From positions 64,001-128,000 of IMG/VR virus record IMGVR_UViG_3300032240_001498: a stretch of 64,000 bases of DNA; one strand, given 5' to 3'. This document shows positions 1-10,600 of this stretch, one piece after another. Source of the DNA: a virus (taxonomy: Duplodnaviria > Caudoviricetes). How positions within the stretch are numbered: the stretch's first letter is position 1; each line of letters opens with the position of its first letter. A program made the position numbers and the translations under genes. Under the pieces are notes generated by a model. That model saw only the letters and a program-made list of their open reading frames with translations. It did no database searches and was not told the DNA's origin.

Positions 1-3000
1 GAATAACCTTTACCAGTTAGGTATAATGTGTTTGCGCCAATGCCACCGTTAGGAACACTAACAGCATTGTTTAATATAGAACTTGTTGAACCGGCTGCGC
101 TGTAAGTAGTAATTGTGCTACCAGCTCGTACCTGTAAGCCAACTCCCAAGCCACCGCCGACTGTTAGGGCACCTGTATTTGTGCTTGTTGAATCAGTTAG
201 TGCTGGAACAGCAAATGATCCGCTGATTGTTAGGCCGCCGACTACTGTTGCACTACTATTAATTGTTGTAATGCCGCTTGACGGAGTAATAGAAATTCCA
301 CCACTTAGCGCAGATAAACTATTGCCTGAAAGACTTAGATTACCAACTGTAATGCTGGTCGGCAATATAGTAGCGTAGTGGCTTCCATCTGTAATTTGTA
401 ATTGATTTAAACTAGATAAGTTAACATTAGCGTTACCAAAACTTACGTTACCTGTTTGCTCATTGATTAAGAAGCTGTTACCTACACGGAAGTTTCCGCC
501 TTGATCAACAGTCTGGAAGTAGACAAGACCACCATTGGTTTGAATAACTTCGTTTGCTTGAACAACAAGACTTGTGTCGTTTGAAAAGTCTTTGCCTGCA
601 CCAATATGACTCATATTGTAGGCAATTAATTTTAAGTCTGTACCAGTACCGTTGGCGATAACACCTTGAGTACCGTAAACTGATGCAGATCCAATGCAAC
701 GTAATTCTGCGCCAAACTGATGATAGTCAGCTAGAGCAATACGTGTCGCACTTGCGGCTGCGTTTGAATATACGTTTTGTGTTCCGTTGGCAGAGTCAAC
801 AAAAGTAGTTGAAAGATTTCCGCCATCAAAGTTCAACATTAAGATTGTTGCAACATCAGATGTTAATGCAGAAGTTGGAAGTGTATACGTGCCTCCGGTA
901 TATCTTGCAACGTTACTTAAACGGAAATCATCTATATAACCGTCAATACTATCAGATGCAGTAGAAGATTGACCTCCAATACTAAATGGGTCAACGTTAT
1001 TAACGTTATCTGACACTCCGGTTGTGTATGCATCAAGTGTACCGTTTAAGTATACTCTAAATGTGCCTAGGCTTGCGTTTCTAACAACAGCAACATGGTA
1101 CCACACACCAGTAGTTAGAGCAGTAATACCTGTAATTTGACTATTACCGTGACCTGCTTGTAATACGTTACCAGTAGTAACACGCAATCTCATATTTGAT
1201 GCAGTTGTTAATCCTTTGTAGTAGACACGATGTATTTTGCCTAATGAATTCAAATAAACCCATGCTTCGACTGTATAGCTACCTAGGCTACCAAATTGGA
1301 AATCGCTGTCGCTGAGTACTTCTAAGTAGTCACCGTTGCCATCACCTAGATATGAGCTGGTTCCAAATTTCTTTTGAACTGTACTTTGTTTAGCATCTCC
1401 ATAGGCAGTAATTGTCTTGCCAGCGCGATCTGTAATTGTTTCAAAGCCCCAAACTGGTCCTGCTAGGTATACGTATGTACCGTCAACGCTGGCGATAGTA
1501 CCTTGTGCTTTTATGTTGCCGCTTGGATCTTTATAGGTAAGTATGTCACCTGCACCAAATGTGCCAGTTACGCCAGAAAGTTTTAATCTTGTCTTACCAG
1601 CTCCTGCAAAACCTGTTGCGCCTGCTTCAGCTTGAATTGACTTGCTGGCAAAGTATGTAAAGCCGTTCAATAATTCTGCACGGGCGCCGTTGGTCATATA
1701 GATACCGGTGGCATTAGGAACAATAAATGTTGCTTCGTTGAATAATAGTGCTGGTTCTAAACTTGTTGCATCTAGTACTGCGGCATCTAAGTATGCACCG
1801 TTACCTGCATCGCCTTGATTAAATCCAAACGGATCGCTGGCACTGGTTACTGAGCCGCGTGTAATTACAGAGAAACGTTCAACATATGGACTCTTAGAAG
1901 TAATCTTTGCGCCAGGAGCAAACTTTAATGCATAACCTGGTTTGTAGAATCCAGTGACTGTAAAGTCAGTGATTGTTGTTTCACCGTTTAATAAAATTGC
2001 GTCTTGTGTGTTTGTTCCGCTGGTAGGCTGAACAATAGTTGCACGTAGACCTGCACCCTTAACTGTAACACCTGCTGGAATAGTTAAAGGAAATATTTCA
2101 ATATAGGTACCTGGCTCGATATAAACAGTTTGTCCAGCTGTAGCAACTGTTAACGCTTTCTTAATTGTTTTGAAAGCTGACGCTGTTCTGCGGCCGTCAT
2201 TAGCGTCATTACCTACATCAGAAACATACCAAATGTCTGTATCATAATGTAGAATATCAATACCGTTGATATTAACTGTGCCTGTGCCAACGCTGATTAG
2301 ATCTAAGCCTAGTGTTAGCGCAGAAACTGTGTTGACATAGATTGTGCTACTGAATAAAGCGTTGCCCGAAACACTTAGGGCTGTTCCTGTTGAGTTAAGG
2401 AATGATCCTAGACCACCAACGTTTAATGTAGTTGCAAGTCCAACACCGCCGGCTACTCGTAATGCGCCAGATGTAGATCCTGTTGATGTTTGTGTGCTGG
2501 CAATGTACAATGAGTTATTGATTGTACCACCAGAGAAACTGTTAATTGTTGATGAAGTAACAATTTGTGCTCCGTTGATATAACCAGAATCTGTAATTAA
2601 TATGGTCTTAGCACTGATACCACCTAGCACTTGTAGGGCATTTGTTGCGGTATCTGTTGTGCTGGTTGTTTGATTTAAAACTTTGACAATGTTGGTAGTT
2701 GAGCTACCGCGATCTGTCACAGTCTGTAGTGTTGATAAATTGCTTAGAACAATATCACCAGTGTAATATGATTGGCCGTTCCATGTGACATTTAGGTCAC
2801 CTTGTACGCTAACTGTTAGTACCCCTCTGTTATAGATATTTGGAACACCAACGATCATACCATTGGTTGCTGTGAAGCCGCCTGTTCCTGCGATACCGAT
2901 ACCTGCACCGGGTAACAATCCAACGATACCTGTGTTGGTTAAATTAACTGTTACATACGAGCCTGTTACCACAGATGACACAACTGCAATACCAGATCCA

Positions 3001-4598
3001 GGGTTGTTCAATGATACTAGAGTAGATGTAACGTTTACATTAGTAACTACACGATTGCCAGCATCATAGACTGCTTGAGCATTTAAATTGCCACGAGTAG
3101 CAATACCACCAACCACAGTCAACGCACCAGAAGTTGTACTGGTGCTGGCAGTTGGGCTTGTTAAAATAATTTGGCCAGTTTTAAATGTTCCCCATTCGCC
3201 TGTAAAAGGATTAGGTACATTTTCGTTACCGCCAGGAAGTATGTCTGTTAGATAAACTAAAGCACCGGTGCTTGCCTGACGACCTAAGAAAGCATGATTA
3301 TCAAAGGTAGTATTTGAACCAGTGTTATAGTGTAGTAGAATACCTCTATCTAGGCCGTCATTGATTGCCAATGCCCTATTATTGTATCCAGAGCCTAGAT
3401 CAATAACAGGATCAGTGAATACAGTTTGAGTTGAGTTGATGGTAACAGTGGTATAGCTACCAAGAACTGTAATACCGCCTTGAACAAATAAGCTACCGCC
3501 AATGTTTACGTTTTCACCAACACCTACACCACCATCGACCACTAGAGCACCAGTTGTTGTGCTTATTGAGCTTGTGGTATTTTGAATACGTAGAGTGTTG
3601 GTAATGATACCGCCAACGTATCTATTGATGTTGCTGGTAGTAACAACGATCGCACCACCGATATAACTGGTATTAGCCACCGTTAGCTGTGTAGCGCCAA
3701 TACTACCTAATACGTTTAACGCATTGTTTAGAGTAGGGTCATTGCTGATAGCACCATTGTTAATATTAATGGTCTGGTCAGTTGAATTACCACGCAACAA
3801 TAATGATTGTAAGGTACTGTTATCACTGATTGTAACTGTACCGGTGTTAACGTCAACTGTAATATCTTGACCGGCCTGAATATATGTAACACCAATGTTG
3901 CTAACTGTGACGTTACCGTTAGGAGTATCTACGTTGATACCTGTTCCGCCTATGACTGACAGAACACCAGTATTGGTTGTTATGATTGTTGCTGTGTAAC
4001 CGTTAAAGGTTACTTTAGAAGCAATACCAGGTCCTGGGCTTGCTACTAGATTTGTTAATAGATGTTGTCCGTTACCATATGCATCACCAAACAGGTACGT
4101 TGTTCCTGTGATCTGTGCGTAGCCGCCAACGTTTAAGTTACCACCAATACCAATACCGCCAGGACTTGTTAGTGCTCCTGAGTATGTGCTTGTAGATTGG
4201 GTTGTGGTGTTGATGATTAAAGGATCGGAAATAATACCGCCTTTGAAACCATCAGCTTGGGTTAAGATCTGCGAGCCTTTGATTAAACCAATGCCCGAAA
4301 TATTAATATTTGCCGCATATATACCGCCAGCAACCTGCAGAGCATTGCCGTTTGGCGTTACTGTTGCTGTGTTAACTGCTGTGGAAAGTATCTTTGTGAT
4401 GCTACCGATCTGTACATTTGTATCAAATGTAGCAGAACTAATGGCGTGTAGTTCACCGCCTATGTAGGCATTTTGACCTATACCTAGGCCGCCGGGCGTT
4501 ACAATAGCGCCGGTTTGAGTGCTTGTTGATTGATATGTTGAACTTGCGGCACGAACCACAAGGCCATTTTTGACTATGAAATCGTCATTAGTAGCCAT
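1..4598 (-). CDS. Giant tail-fibre/appendage protein (>1532 aa, partial, runs off left end) with GALxVxGGxG repeats, a beta-helix domain and an inserted LamG/concanavalin-A-like domain
   Basis: ATG at 4598 (MATNDDFIVKNGLVV...) after GGAGAGGG. The frame is open where I checked near base 1, and the ORF track lists no terminated ORF in this frame. Motifs seen: YVSDVGNDANDG...FKTIKKAL...PGTYIE (beta-helix head) and TVEAWVY...WYHVAVVR...GYIDDFRLS (LamG, ~830-1400). Confidence 0.85.
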   Translation of the reverse strand, partial: MATNDDFIVKNGLVVRAASSTYQSTSTQTGAIVTPGGLGIGQNAYIGGELHAISSATFDTNVQIGSITKILSTAVNTATVTPNGNALQVAGGIYAANINISGIGLIKGSQILTQADGFKGGIISDPLIINTTTQSTSTYSGALTSPGGIGIGGNLNVGGYAQITGTTYLFGDAYGNGQHLLTNLVASPGPGIASKVTFNGYTATIITTNTGVLSVIGGTGINVDTPNGNVTVSNIGVTYIQAGQDITVDVNTGTVTISDNSTLQSLLLRGNSTDQTININNGAISNDPTLNNALNVLGSIGATQLTVANTSYIGGAIVVTTSNINRYVGGIITNTLRIQNTTSSISTTTGALVVDGGVGVGENVNIGGSLFVQGGITVLGSYTTVTINSTQTVFTDPVIDLGSGYNNRALAINDGLDRGILLHYNTGSNTTFDNHAFLGRQASTGALVYLTDILPGGNENVPNPFTGEWGTFKTGQIILTSPTASTSTTSGALTVVGGIATRGNLNAQAVYDAGNRVVTNVNVTSTLVSLNNPGSGIAVVSSVVTGSYVTVNLTNTGIVGLLPGAGIGIAGTGGFTATNGMIVGVPNIYNRGVLTVSVQGDLNVTWNGQSYYTGDIVLSNLSTLQTVTDRGSSTTNIVKVLNQTTSTTDTATNALQVLGGISAKTILITDSGYINGAQIVTSSTINSFSGGTINNSLYIASTQTSTGSTSGALRVAGGVGLATTLNVGGLGSFLNSTGTALSVSGNALFSSTIYVNTVSALTLGLDLISVGTGTVNINGIDILHYDTDIWYVSDVGNDANDGRRTASAFKTIKKALTVATAGQTVYIEPGTYIEIFPLTIPAGVTVKGAGLRATIVQPTSGTNTQDAILLNGETTITDFTVTGFYKPGYALKFAPGAKITSKSPYVERFSVITRGSVTSASDPFGFNQGDAGNGAYLDAAVLDATSLEPALLFNEATFIVPNATGIYMTNGARAELLNGFTYFASKSIQAEAGATGFAGAGKTRLKLSGVTGTFGAGDILTYKDPSGNIKAQGTIASVDGTYVYLAGPVWGFETITDRAGKTITAYGDAKQSTVQKKFGTSSYLGDGNGDYLEVLSDSDFQFGSLGSYTVEAWVYLNSLGKIHRVYYKGLTTASNMRLRVTTGNVLQAGHGNSQITGITALTTGVWYHVAVVRNASLGTFRVYLNGTLDAYTTGVSDNVNNVDPFSIGGQSSTASDSIDGYIDDFRLSNVARYTGGTYTLPTSALTSDVATILMLNFDGGNLSTTFVDSANGTQNVYSNAAASATRIALADYHQFGAELRCIGSASVYGTQGVIANGTGTDLKLIAYNMSHIGAGKDFSNDTSLVVQANEVIQTNGGLVYFQTVDQGGNFRVGNSFLINEQTGNVSFGNANVNLSSLNQLQITDGSHYATILPTSITVGNLSLSGNSLSALSGGISITPSSGITTINSSATVVGGLTISGSFAVPALTDSTSTNTGALTVGGGLGVGLQVRAGSTITTYSAAGSTSSILNNAVSVPNGGIGANTLYLTGKGY

Positions 4599-4640
4599 TA
4601 GTTTCCCTCTCCACGTCTGGCAAAAATTTGCTTATACGCT

Positions 4641-4646
4641 TATTTA
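4641..4646 (-). promoter_or_regulatory. T4-type late promoter box TAAATA, lying in the loop of an RBS-occluding hairpin
   Basis: GGTAAATA in the intergenic gap upstream of the ATG at 4598; core of the T4 gp55 consensus TATAAATA. Confidence 0.7.
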
Positions 4647-4670
4647 CCAAAGAGAGAGAAACTAGAGGTT

Positions 4671-7600
4671 TTATCTGCTGAGCGTGGTTCTATGTACTTT
4701 TACAACCATTGATGTTGGGGTGTAGTTTGGTTGCCATGTTAGCTGAACATTTAGCCCGCTAATCACAGCATCAAACGTGCCCAGATCACCATAATTGCTG
4801 GCCATACCGTATTCTGATATGTACACTCCACCAATACTATCATGGTATACAATTAACTCAGTAACATACATCTTGTTAGCAAGTCCAATCGCAGTATTAT
4901 CCACTACCTGTATGAAGTATTTGGCAGACTGATAGCTGGCAACTGCAAAAGTGTCAAGATTGATCTTGTTACTTGTTGATAGTGCAGGGCTGGTGAATGT
5001 GAATATTTCACTATTACCGATATTAGCAGTAGTACCAATAACGTTTAGGGTATTTTGAACATACAGATCACCACCAATACCTACGCCACCAACAACTTGT
5101 AGCGCACCACTTTGTGTGCTGTTGGCTACTGAACTGTCATTTAACTTAGTCTTACCGCTGTTGATCTGCAATGCCCAAGAATTATTAAGTGTAGTATTTC
5201 CATTTCCGGCAACAGGAGCACTAGAAATATACACAGATGCCGCATTGGTATAACTTACAGTTCCGCCAGTAGCACTGATCGTAGAACCATGGAAGTGTGA
5301 TATTGCTGTTTGCGCCACTGTGCCGTTAGATCCAGCGTCTGTGTAAGTTGCATTGGCAATATCAAGTGCAAATCCTTGAGTTCCTATTGACGATTTAGTA
5401 ATATTTCCTGAACGATATATGGTTCCTGTTGAAGTAACATCACCACCGTTTATTGAGTTACGAGCAAATATGTCACCTGTTAATCCCAGTCCGCCCTGTA
5501 GTGTCAATGCACCAGTAATTGTACTTGTGCTGGTTGCTGTACCGTAGACGTTGGTTGCAGGAAGTTGTAGAACACTATTAACAGATGTTAATGTCAATCC
5601 GCCCATGTCAATGGTTGCAGAATTAATATATAGTGTACCCCAACGCTGTGTTGGACTACCTAGGTTATAATATCCACCCGGTTGAGGTAGTATTGAACCC
5701 ATTGTTGATGTGCTTAATACTGTTAGAGTATTTGCAACTGTAGCACTTCCGCCAACATATATATTCTTAGCAAGACCAACGCCACCGTCTACAATCAACG
5801 CACCTGTTGTTGTGCTTGTTGACTGTGTTGTAGAAAGAATATGCTCGCCAACAATATCAAATGTAGTTGTAGTTGTTCCGTTAATTGCAACATAAACCTT
5901 GTGTTCATTTGCGTTATCGACCACAGTAACGTTTGTGTTGTTGATAAAGATAGCTGGAGGATTTAATCCTAGATAACCACCGATCGCATAAATTTGTCCA
6001 CCGGCATACAGGTTTTGACCAACTGCAACACCGCCAGTAACTGCCAATGCTCCGCTGGCAGTATTAGACGTCGGAGTTGTGCTGTCAATGATTATATCGT
6101 GAGTTGTAATATTACCACGACCAGTAACTGACTGTAATGTACTGCTGTCCCAAATTGTAATATCACCTGACGATGCTGTTACTGTGGTATCTGTACCTGC
6201 TGTTAGGCTTGTTACACCTGAGTTCAATAAGAACACAGATCCAGTACTTGTTGTAACTGTAATACCGCCGCCGATAGTACCAATACTCTGTACACCTACG
6301 TTGGTAATGATGATCGAACCAGTGCTTTGATTTACGCTTATACCAGAACCTGCTGTTGCGGCTGTTACACCGATGTTGGTTAGTACTACAGAACCAGTTG
6401 ATGTACTGGCTTTTAAGCCTAGACCGTTAATTGATATTGATAATACGCCAGTGTTGGTAATTGTTGTTACACCACTTGTACCAGTATTTGCAAGACTAAT
6501 ACCAGGACCTGCATCTAGGTTCAAGATACCTGTGTTGGTCATTGTGATAGTTACGCCACCGCTTGATGTTGTAACAGCTCCAACTAGGCCAGGACCAGTT
6601 ACTAAATGTATATCAGTTGTGATTGCTTTTCCGTCAACTAGGACTGATTTGGCATTAAGAGCTCCGCCAATCCAAACATCACCGCCAATGCCTGCACCAC
6701 CGTCGTGTACAATCAAGGCACCAGTTAAGGTATTCGTAGCACTTGTACCGTTGGTTACAATAACAGGATTGAAAACTTCTCCACCGTTATAAGCTGTTGC
6801 AGTTGTAAGTACAAATCCACGTACGATAACGTTTCCGCCAACATACAAATCTTTGCTAACTGACTGTCCGCCATCAACAATAACTGCTCCAGTTGCGGTA
6901 GCGTTCGCATTTAAGCGGCTTCCAAATCTTGTCTGACCAGCTAGGTAGCTTGCACCACCAATGCCAATGCCGCCTGCAACTTGTAGGTCACCGGTTGTTG
7001 GACTTGTACTTGCAATACCACCTAATAAAGACAAGTCGCTGAATACTGCGCCGGCTACTGTTCCTGTATAGGTATAAGGATTAGGTACGTTTTCATTGCC
7101 ACCTGGATAGATATTTGTTTTATAAGTTAGTTTTCCGCTAACTGCATCGCGTCCTAAGAACGCATGATTATCATAAGCAGTTGTTGAACTTGTATTGTAA
7201 TGGATCAGTAATCCACGATCTTTTCCATCATTGGTCTGTAATGGGGTATTGTTTGGTCCTGTACCAATATCTATAACAGGATCTTCGATACTTAACTGTT
7301 GACTGTTTACAAATGTTGAAGTACCATTTACAGTTAAACTGCCTGTGATTAATGTATCACCTGCTTGTAATGATGTGAATGTTGCATTACCGCCGCTGAT
7401 ACTTGCACCGCCAATATTCAAGGTTCCAGTAACTGCAACAGTTCCAGAGAATACAGCATCTCCGCCAACAACTAGACCAGTTTGAGTATTAGTTAAACGG
7501 ATAGTACTGGTTGTTGTTGCACCTCTGCTGGTTACAGAAGCTAATGTAGCGGTGCTGTAAACTGTAATGTTGCCAGTAGTGAATGATACTGCTGTGTCAG

Positions 7601-10600
7601 TTCCTGCTGTTAGGCTTAGTACACCAGTATTGACGATTGATACTGTGCCTGTGCTGGTTGAAATGCTAATACCAGGACCTGCTTCTTGTTTTGTTACCCC
7701 AACGTTGCTGATCGTAACATCACCAGTTGCTCTGTCAATGTTAATACCTGTGCCAGCATTTGCTGTAAGAACACCAGTATTGTTAATTGTAATAGTAGCA
7801 GTAGTTCCGCCAGATATATCAGGACTTGAAGAAATACCAGGACCGTCAACAATATTAACAAATGTGACAACACGGTTGCCGTTATCAAATACCTGCGGAG
7901 CATTTAATGGACCACTGGCTTGGATAGCACCTGCAATACCAATACCACCTGCAACGCTTAGTGCGTTGTTTAGATAGTTTGTTGCGCTTGATGCTGTACT
8001 ACCGATGTGTACTTTACCGTTATTGACCCATACTGCGTAGGAATCTGCAATGCTCGTAGTTGCTGTTGTCTTAACTTTAGGAGCGTCTTCAATAAAGATT
8101 GTGTTTGCCTGTGCGTATGCAGAGCCGTATTTTGAATTAATAATTGGCTGGCCAACATACACATTGTTTGTGTTTGTAAACGAACCAGATGCTTGATTGT
8201 CTGTATAGACAGCACTGGCTAAGTTAACAGCAATACCAGTCTGTCCCCAGTTAGCAGTTGTAATATCACCTTCGCGGTAAATTGTTCCACCAACGTGTAG
8301 ATCTTGTGCAATACCAACACCACCAATAGTTACGATTGCACCGCTATCTGTTGAGAAAGAGTTAACACCAGAGTTGACTGTTAGGCCAGTTGTGTTTAGT
8401 GTAGAAGTAGTGTATCCAATTTGCAATGGATAAATGATCGTACCACCGTTGAAGCCTGTTGGACTTGATGTAGTCAATACTGCCGCACCGTTAACAAACA
8501 AGTTACTAACGTTAGCAGTTCCGCCTACCCATAATGCACCACCAATACCTACGCCGCCTGCAACTCGTAATGCACCAGTCGTTGTGCTGATTGCAGTAGT
8601 TGTATTGTTAACAAATAACGGATCGCTAATTATACCGCCGTTAAAGTTTGCTAATTGTGTTAGGCCTGCATCTGTATAAATGTTGTGTGCATAGATGTCA
8701 CCGTTGAATCCTGCGCCACCTGCAACAACTAACGCACCTGTACCAGTACTGTTACTTGCTGTACCATTTGTGATACGCATTGGACCAGCACTAAAGATTG
8801 ATCCGCCAACTCCTAAGCCGCCTGAAAGTACGACTGCGCCAGATGCTGGGTCTGTCGATGCTTGAGGATTTGAAAACTTAACTTGTCCTGCAAAGTAACT
8901 TGCGCCCGCAACACCAATACCACCACTCGATACTACTAATGCATGATTTAATGTTTGTGTTGTGTTGGCTAATGGGCTACCTAATGTTAATGTTCCACCA
9001 AAATAACTTCCGCCAGTAACACCAATACCACCTAATACCTGTAGATCGCCTGTGTTTGTGCTTAGTGCAACTGCACCACCACTTAATCTTAAGCCACCAA
9101 ATTGAGCTGTACCAAAGCTACCAGTGTTTGCAAACTGGGCTGGAAAGTTTTCATAGCCGCCTGGATAAATGTTGACCTTATAAGTCAAGAATCCTGTAGT
9201 TACATCTCGTCCAATAAATGCATGATTGTCAAATTGAGGGCCGTTGCCTGTGCTGTAGTGAAGCAACATACCACGATCATATCCGTCGTTGACCAACAGA
9301 GGTGTATTATCAACACCGGTACCAATATCAATTACAGGATCAATAATGTAAGTGTTCTGTGAATCAACGATTGTTTGTGTACCAGCTACAGTTAGGTTAC
9401 CATACAAGACGGTGTTACCATAAACACTTAGGTCTTTCTTAACAGCCTGACCACCTTCGACATAAATTGCGTTGTTGTTAAATGTAGTTACATCACTTGC
9501 TGTGCTGGTAATGTGCAAGGCAACAAATGTTGCTGTAAATGATTTATTGAATGTTAGTTGGCCGCCTAGATCTAAGTTTCCGCCAACTACAACATCTTTG
9601 GCAACACCTACACCACCGTCAACAACTAGGGCACCTGTTTGTGTGCTTACTGAAGTTTGTGTTCCAAGAATATGAACTTGTGCCGCATTAATAGTACCGC
9701 TGGCGTTTGTGAATACTAGACTTCCGCCTAATACTAGATCTTGTCCAATACCAACACCACCAGTTACTGTAAAAGCACCTGTTGTTGTACTGGTTGAATT
9801 TGTTGTTGATGTAACTGCTAGGGTGCTAACTTTTAAGTTGCCAGCCGCACCACTGAATATTAGTTGTCCGCCTAGAGTTAAGTTTCCGCCCACGCCTACA
9901 CCACCGACTACAGTTAATGCGCCAGTTGTAGTGCTTGTAGACTGTGAGCTAGATGTGACTGATAGCGTACTTAAAGATAAGTTTGTGCCCGAACCTTGGA
10001 ATATTAACTTACCGCCTAACACTAGGTCTTGTGCAATACCAACACCGCCACTTACAACAAGTCCGCCTGTTGTAGTCGATGTTGAATTTGTACTTGTAGT
10101 GAATAGTACTTGTCCTTTTGCACGGAAATTATTAACAACAAACTCGTCTGCGAGTCCGCTGAATATTAACTGACCACCTAAAACTAGGTTACCGCCAATG
10201 CCGACTCCGCCTGCAATTTGCACAGCACCTGTTGTTGTGCTGGTAGACTGTGCTGTTGATGTTACTAATAATTGATTATTAGCTGTTAGATTTACAAAGG
10301 TACCATTCTTAGCAATGCTGTTACCAATGTCCATGTTATTAATGGTGCCTTTGGTAGCTGGATTAATCGTAACTGTGCCAATTCCAGTTGGTTGGATAGA
10401 TACTGTTGCATCAGCTGGATTGATATTTGCTTGGCTGTTTACATTCAAACTGCCTTGAATGTTTGTAGCACCGCCAACAAATAGACTCTTTTGGATGCCA
10501 ACGCCGCCAGTTACTATCACTGCACCGTTGTTGGTTGCTGTAGAATCAGTTGCATTAGTAAACGTTGCTGTGTTTATTGCAGTTAGGTTTGTAAATTTAC

